Made by a program: the position numbers and the translations under genes. Shown piece after piece: positions 17,341 through 25,555 of a stretch of 34,933 nt of DNA. Positions within the stretch are counted from its first letter, which is position 1. Each line of letters starts with the position of its first letter. Source of the stretch: an uncultured Aurantimicrobium sp. (lineage in GTDB: Bacteria > Actinomycetota > Actinomycetes > Actinomycetales > Microbacteriaceae); NCBI GenBank assembly GCA_964589925.1, contig CAZPVE010000001.1:1-34933 (forward strand). Reading direction: 5' to 3'. The notes beneath the pieces were generated by a model. It searched no databases. It was not told where the DNA came from and saw only the letters and a program-made list of their open reading frames with translations.

Positions 17341-18019
17341 CGCCTCCATTGTCGTGGTCTTCACGTTCATCTGACTCATTTTCGTGCTCGCGCTCCGAGT
17401 GGCGACGCGTCGAATTGGCGCCTGAGGACGACCCCGAAGCGGGAGCAGGAGCAACAACACTTCCGTTCGCTGGCGCTGGCGCGGGGGCCGCAGCGGCAGA
17501 TCCTCCCGTGACACCGCTTACCACCGGAGCATTAGCGGCCGCCGAAGCGCCAGCTGCTGGTCGGGGGATTGGACGAGCTGCCGAAGAATTGGCTGAGGCC
17601 CCAGCGGATGACGTGGCAGCTCCCGCGGAATGTGCTGTGGACCCCCCGGTCGTTGCGCTTACCCCGGCGTAAGTGGAGGTACCAGTGTTCGCTGTGGCCG
17701 TTGCAGAACGGGTCGATCCAGCAGGGTTCGCAGTAGTGCTTCCAGAACCACCCGTCGAGCCGCTCATGGTCGAGGCACTCAGATTGGAGAGCTGCGGAGG
17801 AGTTTCAGGAGCCCCCGAGGGCAAGCTGGCTGCGCCAGGGGCGAGTGTCGCCGGGGTACCATCGGCAGTCAGAGTCGCTGTCTGCACGAGGGACGAGCTG
17901 GCTGCGTCGGCGAGATCGGTTCCGCCGTGCGCAAGAGTGTCGCTGTTGAGGGCCATGGCCCCGGCTGCAGACCCAAGCACTCCAACAAAAGAGAGGGCGG
18001 CGACGAAATATGACTTCAT
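17333..18019 (-). CDS. secreted low-complexity Ala/Ser/Thr/Gly-rich protein with acidic His-containing C-terminal tail
   Basis: From the ATG at 18019: MKSYFVAALSFVGVLGSAAGAMA-L is a Sec-type signal with an AxA site. About 180 aa of A/S/T/G/P follow, then RRHSEREHENESDEREDHDNGGDD. Coding status is less certain because all frames are open in this low-complexity stretch. Confidence 0.55.
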   Translation of the reverse strand: MKSYFVAALSFVGVLGSAAGAMALNSDTLAHGGTDLADAASSSLVQTATLTADGTPATLAPGAASLPSGAPETPPQLSNLSASTMSGSTGGSGSTTANPAGSTRSATATANTGTSTYAGVSATTGGSTAHSAGAATSSAGASANSSAARPIPRPAAGASAAANAPVVSGVTGGSAAAAPAPAPANGSVVAPAPASGSSSGANSTRRHSEREHENESDEREDHDNGGDD

Positions 18020-18143
18020 AGCTTCCACGTTAGGGAAGCAACTGCCAAGGCCGCGCCCTCGGACATCCAAGAAATGGACAATGTTGCCTCGGGAGACAGG
18101 AACCGTTCAGCCTCAAGGAGGTCCTGAGCGCAAGAATGGAGCA

Positions 18144-18818
18144 ATGCAGGTACTTCTCGTAGAAGACGACCCCGCTGTGGCGGCTGGCGTCCTTGATGGT
18201 CTGGGTGTTGGTTTTACCGTGACACACGTGCCCACCGGGACCGAGGCACTAGCGGCCCTTGCCGCCAAAGATGTCGATATCGTCCTGCTCGACTTAGGCC
18301 TACCCGACATGGACGGGACCGATGTGTGTCGCGAGATACGCCAGACATCCCAGGTGCCCATCATCGTCGTGAGCGCACGAGGAGACGAAATCGATCGTGT
18401 CCTGACGCTCGAGATGGGGGCAGACGACTATGTAGTCAAGCCCTTCGGCATGCGAGAAATCGTTGCTCGAATTCGCGCTGTCTCTCGGCGAACCTCAGGG
18501 GCGACGGAGGCCGAAAGCTCTGACCCCATCCGCTCTCTGCATGGTTTGAGCATCGACACTCGAACCCAACGCGTGGAGCTCAACGGGGAAGAAATTCACC
18601 TGACACCCAAGGAATTCGATCTGGTGGTGTATCTCACCCAAGATCCCGGTGCCGTTTATCGGCGCCAGGACATCTTGCACGACGTGTGGGACACCAACTG
18701 GTACGGCACCTCTAAAACCCTTGATGCACATGTGGCGGCCATCAGAAAGAAGCTTGGCTCAGCATCGTGGATTGAGTCGGTGCGAGGTGTGGGCTTTCGC
18801 TTCGGCGGTCCTGCGTGA
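18144..18818 (+). CDS. OmpR/PhoB-family response regulator
   Basis: MQVLLVEDD...LLDLGLPDMDG receiver domain plus winged-helix output (LTPKEFDLVVYL...VRGVGFRF). The ORF part upstream of 18144 is rejected. Confidence 0.9.
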   Translation: MQVLLVEDDPAVAAGVLDGLGVGFTVTHVPTGTEALAALAAKDVDIVLLDLGLPDMDGTDVCREIRQTSQVPIIVVSARGDEIDRVLTLEMGADDYVVKPFGMREIVARIRAVSRRTSGATEAESSDPIRSLHGLSIDTRTQRVELNGEEIHLTPKEFDLVVYLTQDPGAVYRRQDILHDVWDTNWYGTSKTLDAHVAAIRKKLGSASWIESVRGVGFRFGGPA

Positions 18819-20209
18819 GAAATCGTTTTATCGCCGCCATCGTCGCAGTGACTCTCTTGGTCTTGCTCGTGCAGGACGTGCCTCTTGCCATCTACATGCA
18901 CCAAAACGAAGAGAACAAGATCACCAGCACCCTGCAGCGCGATGCCCTCGTTATTGCGGCTCGAAGTCAAACCGTGCTGTGGCAGGCAACGCCTGAGAAC
19001 ACCGCTGCCCTCGCCAAGATCACCTCGTCGTATCGAAAGAATGGTGGACCACGCGTGGTCATCGTCAACACAGCCGGCACGGCGGTGCTGGTCAGCGATG
19101 ACGATCAGCTGAAGAAGATTGGGCAATCATTTGCCTCACGCCCTGAGATTATTGCCGCTCTCAAGGGTCAGATTGTTCAAGGGACTCGCTACTCCGAGAC
19201 CCTCAAACAGTCGCTGCTGTATGTGACCGTTCCAGTCTTTAACGGCAACAAGATCATTGGAGCAGTTCGCCTCACTTACCCAGAAAAAGTTGTGTCCGAC
19301 GCGGTCAACAATCAAGTCTGGGTATTGGCACTGATCGCCCTCACGACGATTGCGCTGGCCGCAATTGCAGGCTCGATTTTTGCTCGGGGAGTTACCCGGC
19401 GACTTAAAGACCTGGAGAATGCTACGGATCGCATCGCTGACGGCGACCTCACGGTTCGAGCAGACGAAGCTTCAGGTGCTCCCGAATTGCGCAATCTGGC
19501 ACGTTCGTTCAACACGATGACGAGTCGACTGGAGGTGCTACTCAGTCAACAACGTGGTTTTGCCTCCGACGCATCGCACCAGTTGCGCACCCCGCTAACC
19601 GCCCTGCGGCTTCGACTTGAGCGAGCACAAGAACTGATCAACTCGGATCCTGTCGGTGCTGCCGAGAGGCTGGAGGCCGCCCAGGCAGAGACCGACCGCC
19701 TCAGCGACATCATTGAGGGACTGCTCACGCTGAGCCGAACCGAGGCGACGTCTGCCGTCATCGAAGATGTCGATGCCGCGCGGATTGCCGCCCAACGGGT
19801 TGATCACTGGCAAGCCCTTGCAGACGAGTCCGAAGTGATGTTGCGATACGAAGGTCCGGCCTCGGCTGTAGTCAGCGCCGTTCCCACGGCCGTTGAGCAG
19901 ATCGTCGACAACTTCATCGACAACGCCCTGTCGGTGAGCCCGCCTCGCTCGCTGCTCCTCGTGCGCGTGAGCGTAGATAGCTTAGGAACATCCCTCAGCG
20001 TTCTCGATGAAGGGCCCGGTCTCAGCCCCGAGGACTGCGATCGCGCGTTTGACCGATTCTGGCGTGCGTCATCAGAAACGCCGGGCAGTGGCCTGGGGCT
20101 GTCTATCGTCGCCCAGTTGGCTCACGCAAGTGGGGCTCGAGCCGAGCTGCGTCCGCGCACACCCAAGGGCCTCGAAGCTCGAGTCATTTTCAGCCCGCCA
20201 CGGGGCTAG
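18815..20209 (+). CDS. sensor histidine kinase (2 TM, extracytoplasmic PDC/Cache-like domain, HAMP, HisKA, HATPase_c)
   Basis: The GTG overlaps the regulator stop (GTGA). H-box ASDASHQLRTPLTAL, G-boxes DEGPGL and GSGLGLSIV. Confidence 0.9.
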   Translation: MRNRFIAAIVAVTLLVLLVQDVPLAIYMHQNEENKITSTLQRDALVIAARSQTVLWQATPENTAALAKITSSYRKNGGPRVVIVNTAGTAVLVSDDDQLKKIGQSFASRPEIIAALKGQIVQGTRYSETLKQSLLYVTVPVFNGNKIIGAVRLTYPEKVVSDAVNNQVWVLALIALTTIALAAIAGSIFARGVTRRLKDLENATDRIADGDLTVRADEASGAPELRNLARSFNTMTSRLEVLLSQQRGFASDASHQLRTPLTALRLRLERAQELINSDPVGAAERLEAAQAETDRLSDIIEGLLTLSRTEATSAVIEDVDAARIAAQRVDHWQALADESEVMLRYEGPASAVVSAVPTAVEQIVDNFIDNALSVSPPRSLLLVRVSVDSLGTSLSVLDEGPGLSPEDCDRAFDRFWRASSETPGSGLGLSIVAQLAHASGARAELRPRTPKGLEARVIFSPPRG

Positions 20210-20237
20210 CTTCGGCCGTCCCCCAGGCGCCCGAGCC

Positions 20238-20243
20238 TAAAAT
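20238..20243 (+). promoter_or_regulatory. candidate -10 (TAAAAT) for the fhaA-to-STPK operon
   Basis: The only AT-rich TANNNT element in the 80-bp spacer, 46 nt upstream of the fhaA GTG. No convincing -35. Confidence 0.3.
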
Positions 20244-20289
20244 AAGGGGGGTCTTAACCCCTAAGACTTTGAGGTAGCGAGGACAACGC

Positions 20290-20967
20290 GTGGGTTTTCT
20301 TGACAAGCTCGAGCACAGTCTCGAGCGTGCCGTGAACACTGCTTTCGCCAAGACCTTCAAGTCGGGCGTGCAGCCCGTGGAACTCACCGCGGCGCTGCGG
20401 AGGGAAGTGGACACGAAGGCCTCGGTTGTTGCTCGGGATCGCATCCTGGTGCCGAACATATTCACGATTGGCCTCGCGCGCGCCGATTACGATCGCCTCG
20501 CCGGCATGGGCGCCACCCTGATTGAGGAACTCACCCGCCAGCTCACCCGTCACGCCCAGTCGCAGGGGTACCAATTTCCCGGCGCCATTCAAATAACTCT
20601 CGAGAGCATCGATGGGCTTTCCATCGGCATTGTGTCGGTGACCTCAGAGAGCGTTAGCGGCTCGGTCGCCTGGGTGGGTGTTCTCGACATCGACGGCAGG
20701 CGCCACCAACTCGCCAAGAGCCACACCGTGATTGGCCGAGGAACCGATGCCGACATCACCGTCGACGACTCCAGCATCTCGCGCAAACACATCGAGATTT
20801 TGTGGGATGGCAGCCGAGCCGAAGCCAATGACCTGGGGTCAACCAACGGCTCACTGCTCAACGGCCGCAAGCTGACGCGCGCGCCGCTGGAATCCGGCTC
20901 GACGATTGAAATGGGTGCCACCCGCGTCACGTTCCACTTGGTTCCAAAACCGGCAGGCGCCTCGTGA
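20290..20967 (+). CDS. fhaA: FhaA (DUF3662 N-terminal domain plus C-terminal FHA domain), short-linker form
   Basis: (M)GFLDKLEHSLERAVNTAFAKTFKSGVQPVE is a DUF3662 N-terminus. FHA block: IGRGTDADITVDDSSISRKH...NDLGSTNGSLLNG. GAGGA SD 7 nt before the GTG. Confidence 0.87.
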   Translation: MGFLDKLEHSLERAVNTAFAKTFKSGVQPVELTAALRREVDTKASVVARDRILVPNIFTIGLARADYDRLAGMGATLIEELTRQLTRHAQSQGYQFPGAIQITLESIDGLSIGIVSVTSESVSGSVAWVGVLDIDGRRHQLAKSHTVIGRGTDADITVDDSSISRKHIEILWDGSRAEANDLGSTNGSLLNGRKLTRAPLESGSTIEMGATRVTFHLVPKPAGAS

Positions 20968-21488
20968 GCGAACTCACCCTTCTCATCTTTCGCATCGCAT
21001 TTCTGATTGCCCTCTGGGTGTTCGTCTTCTTCGTGGTCTACGCGGTTCGAAGCGACCTGTTCGGCGAGAAGGTCAAACGCCTGATCCCCAGCAAGGCGGC
21101 TCCCGCATCCAGTGCAAAAAGCGTTTTCCTCACCTCGGCACAGACACCACTGGCTGCACCCCGGACCCCTGTGGCTGCAACCCCGGCGGCCGCGGCGGGC
21201 CCGCTGACCCTCGTCATTACTGCCGGGGCCAAGCAGGGTGAGTCGATCACCCTCACCACCAAGCCTGTGAGCATTGGTCGCTCATCCGACTCGTCCATCG
21301 TGATTCGTGACGACTACACCTCCACCCACCACGCGCGCCTCGAGTACCGCTCAGGTAAGTGGATCATCAACGATCTGGGTTCCACCAACGGCACCTTCCT
21401 TGCCGGAACCAAAGTGGCCGAGCCCACCGAGGTTCCGCTCAACACCCCGATCACCATTGGGGCGACCACGTTCGAGATTCGGGCCTGA
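20964..21488 (+). CDS. fhaB: FhaB/FipA (N-terminal TM segment plus FHA domain)
   Basis: GTGA overlap with fhaA. TM segment LLIFRIAFLIALWVFVFFVVY and FHA block IGRSSDSSIVIRDDYTSTHHARL...NDLGSTNGTFL. Confidence 0.87.
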   Translation: MSELTLLIFRIAFLIALWVFVFFVVYAVRSDLFGEKVKRLIPSKAAPASSAKSVFLTSAQTPLAAPRTPVAATPAAAAGPLTLVITAGAKQGESITLTTKPVSIGRSSDSSIVIRDDYTSTHHARLEYRSGKWIINDLGSTNGTFLAGTKVAEPTEVPLNTPITIGATTFEIRA

Positions 21489-21490
21489 CG

Positions 21491-22711
21491 ATGAGCCAGA
21501 GTGGCGCGCGCTCGGACGTTGGTCGAGTCCGCAGAACCAATCAAGATTCCGGATATGCCGGGACCTACCTTTTCGCCGTCGCGGACGGCATGGGCGGGCA
21601 TGCCGGCGGAGACGTCGCGTCGCACATCACGATCAACCACCTGAGCGAACTCGACCGCGAGTTCGACAGCACCGACTCCGCGAGCGCCGCAGTTCGCGAG
21701 CGCATGCTCGAAGCAAACGAAATGCTCATCAAGGTTGTCGACGAGTATCCCCAACTTGCCGGACTCGGGACGACCCTCAGTCTTGTCTTGCGCGTGGGAG
21801 ACCAGGCGGTCCTGGCCCACATCGGTGACTCTCGTGTCTATCGCTGGCGAGACGCCAAGCTTGAGCAGCTCACGCGAGACCACACCTTCGTTCAGCAGCT
21901 GATCGACACTGGCCAGATCACGGTCGACGAAGCGGCAACGCATCCTCGTCGTTCAGTATTGATGCGCGTTCTTGGCGATGTCGACGCGGCACCCGAGATC
22001 GACCTCACCGTCATTGACCTCACGCCGAAAGACGTTTTCCTGCTCTGCTCCGATGGTCTCACCGGTGTCGTTCACGATGCCGACCTGGCAACCGTCCTGG
22101 CCAAAGATGCTGCGCCGCAGACCCTCGCGAACGAGTTGGTAACCCGAAGCCTCGCCGAGGGCGCGCCCGACAACGTCACGGTGATTGTTGCTCGCGACCT
22201 CAAGACGACTACAGCCAAGACCACGAAGTTGATTGGTTCGGCCGAGGGCGAGAACCCCATTCACTCACTTCCGCCGACGTATTCGACCGGAACCGACATC
22301 CCCCGGGCCAAAGCGCAAAGCTTGCCCGTGCACACCGGAGGTCTTCCCATCACACCGTTGCAGGCCAACGCCGTCGAGGCCGATTTTGTCGCGCGCCGTC
22401 GACGTCGGCGGTTGCGTCTCGCCGTGGTGATTGCCCTTGTGGTGTTGGCGCTTGTCGGAGCCATCGTGGCCTTCGCGCAGTGGACACAGTCGCGCTATTA
22501 CCTCAGCGCTGGGCCATCCACCGTTCTCGTCAACCAGGGCATTCCAGAAACGCTCATCGGTATTCCTCTGTCACACGAGTTCGTCGACACCAAGATCAAC
22601 TTGTCCGACCTGACGCCCTACGTGCGCGATCAAATCACGCACACCATCTCGTTTGATTCCCTCGATGCCGCCCTAGCTGCCACAAAAGAGTTGATACCCA
22701 GTGGCAACTAA
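21491..22711 (+). CDS. pstP: PP2C-family Ser/Thr phosphatase PstP (membrane-anchored)
   Basis: RTNQDS...AVADGMGGHAGGDVAS PP2C motifs, a TM segment near residue 320 and an extracellular tail. The ATG at 21491 lies 2 nt after the fhaB stop. Confidence 0.9.
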   Translation: MSQSGARSDVGRVRRTNQDSGYAGTYLFAVADGMGGHAGGDVASHITINHLSELDREFDSTDSASAAVRERMLEANEMLIKVVDEYPQLAGLGTTLSLVLRVGDQAVLAHIGDSRVYRWRDAKLEQLTRDHTFVQQLIDTGQITVDEAATHPRRSVLMRVLGDVDAAPEIDLTVIDLTPKDVFLLCSDGLTGVVHDADLATVLAKDAAPQTLANELVTRSLAEGAPDNVTVIVARDLKTTTAKTTKLIGSAEGENPIHSLPPTYSTGTDIPRAKAQSLPVHTGGLPITPLQANAVEADFVARRRRRRLRLAVVIALVVLALVGAIVAFAQWTQSRYYLSAGPSTVLVNQGIPETLIGIPLSHEFVDTKINLSDLTPYVRDQITHTISFDSLDAALAATKELIPSGN

Positions 22712-24101
22712 CTCGGCAACCGTGGGGGCGGGAATCGATACTGGCCAGATTCCTCGTTTGCGAGCGCCCCGCGCCTCGCAGCGCATGCGCAACATCGAGC
22801 TCGCCCTGCTTGCCGGGGCGTTTGCCATCAGCGGGCTTTCGATTCTGTTCGTGCAGTTGGGCGCACTCGGACACCCCGACGCGCACCCGTTTGGCTTGTG
22901 CCTCATTTTGGTGTTCCTGATTTTGCTCCTGCACGTGGCCATGCGGTTGGTTGCCCCTCAGGCGGACGCACTCATCATGCCCATCACCGTCGTGCTCAAC
23001 GGCTTGGGTATCGCCGAGATCTACCGCATCGACCTGCACCTCAAGGCACTCGGCTGGGATGCTCTGGCCACCAAACAGATTGCCTGGTCGGCCTTGGCTA
23101 TCGGCGCCGCTTTCGCGGTCATCGTTCTCGTGCGTGATCACCGCGTGCTGCAGCGCTATACCTACACCTTCGGTCTCGTCGCGGTCGTTCTCCTTTTGCT
23201 GCCTGTGCTTCCGGGAATCGGCACATCCATCAACGGCGCTCGCGTGTGGATTCAGATTGGCTCGCTGACCTTCCAGCCGGGTGAGATCGCCAAGATTGCC
23301 CTCGCGATTTTCTTTGCCGGATACCTCGTTTCCCACCGCGAAAGCCTCTCGATGGTGGGCCGCAAATTCTTGGGGATGCGTTTTCCGCGAGGTCGCGACC
23401 TGGGACCGATCATCGTCGTCTGGCTGCTGTCGATGGGTGTCATCGTCACGCAGCATGACCTCGGCACCGGTCTACTCTTCTTCGGACTGTTTCTTGTCAT
23501 GCTCTACACCGCCACCAGCCGAGCGAGTTGGGTCATGCTCGGTGTTGGTCTGGTTGTGGTTGGCGCTGTCGCGGCCAACCAGTTCCTGGACTACGTGAAC
23601 GACCGCTTTAGGAACTGGTACGACGCGTTCAACCCCGAGCGCTACAACGTGGACGGCGGTTCGTATCAGGTTGTGCAGGGTCTCTTCGGTCTCGGACACG
23701 GCGGCCTCTTCGGCACGGGTCTCGGGCAAGGCATGCCCTACATCACCCCGGTTTCCCAAAGCGACTACATCATCGCGAGCCTGGGTGAAGAGATCGGACT
23801 TGTCGGCCTGTTCGCCGTGCTGTGTCTCTATGTGCTCCTCGTCGGCCGCGGTTTGCGCATCGGGTTTGCCGGCCACGACGACTTCGGCACGCTGCTGTCG
23901 GTAGGCCTCTCCTTTGTTATCGCGCTGCAATGCTTCCTGATCATCGGCGGCGTCACGCGAGTTCTTCCCATGACGGGTCTGACCACCCCGTTCTTGGCCG
24001 CCGGTGGTAGCTCCCTCATCGCGAACTGGATGATCATCGGCTTGCTGTTGCGCTTGTCCGACACCAACCGTCGTGAATCAGGGTTGGTGATCAGCTCGTG
24101 A
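22701..24101 (+). CDS. rodA: FtsW/RodA/SpoVE (SEDS) family peptidoglycan glycosyltransferase
   Basis: 466-aa polytopic protein with SEDS blocks (QPGEIAKIALAIFFAGYL; SDYIIASLGEEIGLVG; LPMTGLTTPFLAAGGSS). The start may instead be the Met at codon 29. Confidence 0.9.
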   Translation: MATNSATVGAGIDTGQIPRLRAPRASQRMRNIELALLAGAFAISGLSILFVQLGALGHPDAHPFGLCLILVFLILLLHVAMRLVAPQADALIMPITVVLNGLGIAEIYRIDLHLKALGWDALATKQIAWSALAIGAAFAVIVLVRDHRVLQRYTYTFGLVAVVLLLLPVLPGIGTSINGARVWIQIGSLTFQPGEIAKIALAIFFAGYLVSHRESLSMVGRKFLGMRFPRGRDLGPIIVVWLLSMGVIVTQHDLGTGLLFFGLFLVMLYTATSRASWVMLGVGLVVVGAVAANQFLDYVNDRFRNWYDAFNPERYNVDGGSYQVVQGLFGLGHGGLFGTGLGQGMPYITPVSQSDYIIASLGEEIGLVGLFAVLCLYVLLVGRGLRIGFAGHDDFGTLLSVGLSFVIALQCFLIIGGVTRVLPMTGLTTPFLAAGGSSLIANWMIIGLLLRLSDTNRRESGLVISS

Positions 24102-25555
24102 ACCGCGAACTCAAGCGCGTGACGATCGTGGTGTTTGCCATGTTCATGTCGCTCTTTGTGGCCCTGTCGATCATCCAGGTGGTTCAAGTGGATGCGCTGG
24201 CCGCTGACGGCCGTGACACCCGCATCCTCTACGACAGCTACAAAGCCCGCCGCGGGCCGATTCTGGTGCAGGGCTCGCCGATTGCAGAGTCGCGTCCGGT
24301 GTCGGATGACTACCGCTACCAGCGCACCTACCTCAACCCCTTCACCTATGCCCAGACCACCGGCTACTTTTCGCTGAACCAGGGCATCACCGGCATCGAG
24401 TCGTCGATGAACTCTTACCTCAGCGGCACGAACGGCTCCCAGTTCCTCGACCAACTCAACTCGATCCTGACCGGTCGTCCGGTCACCGGTGCCTCGGTCA
24501 CCCTCACACTCAATGCCAAAGTGCAAAAAGCCGCATGGGATGCCCTCGGTTCCTATCAGGGCGCGGTCATCGTTACCGAGGCCGACACCGGCAAGATTCT
24601 GGCGATGGTCTCGAAGCCGTCCTACGACCCCAACCTGTTGTCGTCCCATGACACGGATACGGTCATCGCCGCTTACAAGAAGCTGTTGAACGACCCAGCA
24701 AATCCTCTGATCAACCGGACTATTGATGGGCGTCTCAACCCTCCTGGCTCGACGTTCAAGCTGGTGATGGTGTCGGCCGCACTCGAGTCGGGCAAGTACA
24801 CCCCGGCCAGCACGTTCCCCAACCCGGCCCGCCTTCGCCTGCCTCAGACCGATGTCGTCATCCAAAACTCGACGGGGGAAACCTGCGGCCCGGGGCCCAC
24901 GGTAACCCTGGCCGATGCCCTTCGCCTGAGCTGCAACATCCCATTCGCCGAGCTCGGCATGCAGCTAGGCAGCAAGGCAATTCTGGAGCAAGCCGAGAAG
25001 TACGGGTTCAACAAGAGCTTCCAAATTCCGATGTACGTCGAACCGAGCGTGTTCCCGCAGTACCTCGATGAGCCCCAAACCGCGCTGTCCTCGTTTGGCC
25101 AATTTGATGACCGAGCCACCCCCCTGCAGATCGCCATGGTGTCGATGGCGATTGCTAACGGGGGCAAGCTCATGTACCCCACAGTGGTCGATTCCGTCAC
25201 CTCAGCTGACCTCAAACCCATCAAATCCTTCTCCGGTCAGGTCTACGGCCAGCCGATCAGTGCGCAAACCGCTGCGACGATTACCCAAATGATGGTGGCC
25301 GATGTCAGCAATGGTGCAGCAAGTAATGCGAGGATTAGTGGAGTAGCTGTGGCGGGTAAGACCGGCACCGCAGAAAATGGGGCAAATAATCCCTACACTC
25401 TGTGGTTCACCGGGTTTGCTCCTGCAGACGGAGCTCACAAATACGCCATCACCGTTCTCGTTGAGAACGGCGGGGGAATGGGAAAGAACGGTTTCGGCAA
25501 CCTCATTGCCGCTCCCGTTGCAAAGAAAGTCTTAGAGGCGGTGCTAAATAAATGA
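24098..25555 (+). CDS. pbpA: class B penicillin-binding protein (PbpA-type transpeptidase)
   Basis: GTGA overlap with rodA. N-terminal TM anchor, SxxK (STFK) and KTGT motifs. Confidence 0.9.
   Translation: MNRELKRVTIVVFAMFMSLFVALSIIQVVQVDALAADGRDTRILYDSYKARRGPILVQGSPIAESRPVSDDYRYQRTYLNPFTYAQTTGYFSLNQGITGIESSMNSYLSGTNGSQFLDQLNSILTGRPVTGASVTLTLNAKVQKAAWDALGSYQGAVIVTEADTGKILAMVSKPSYDPNLLSSHDTDTVIAAYKKLLNDPANPLINRTIDGRLNPPGSTFKLVMVSAALESGKYTPASTFPNPARLRLPQTDVVIQNSTGETCGPGPTVTLADALRLSCNIPFAELGMQLGSKAILEQAEKYGFNKSFQIPMYVEPSVFPQYLDEPQTALSSFGQFDDRATPLQIAMVSMAIANGGKLMYPTVVDSVTSADLKPIKSFSGQVYGQPISAQTAATITQMMVADVSNGAASNARISGVAVAGKTGTAENGANNPYTLWFTGFAPADGAHKYAITVLVENGGGMGKNGFGNLIAAPVAKKVLEAVLNK

Noticed and set aside
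17400-17760. VVSGVTGGS and AGVSATTGG as ApbE flavinylation motifs in the low-complexity protein.
   Set aside because: They do not match Dxx[ST]GA[ST], there is no FMN_bind-like domain around them, and such strings are expected by chance in an A/S/T/G-rich sequence. Kept only as a caveat in the related finding.
18061-18098. GGACA-N10-GGACA plus GAGACA direct repeats as the response-regulator binding site in the divergent control region.
   Set aside because: These are 5-nt words with 15-17-nt spacing, not the 10-11-bp periodicity expected for OmpR-type sites. They are easily explained by chance.
17673-18143. N-terminal extensions proposed by the ORF track: 17673..18143 before the response regulator, 21359..21490 before pstP, 29635..29775 before trpG, 306..434 before rpmB, 835..1002 before zur, 13141..13212 before the HAD gene, 17341..17514 before apbE.
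   Set aside because: The extensions overlap neighbouring genes or divergent promoters and lack family similarity. Internal starts give canonical N-termini, often with an SD or a stop/start overlap.
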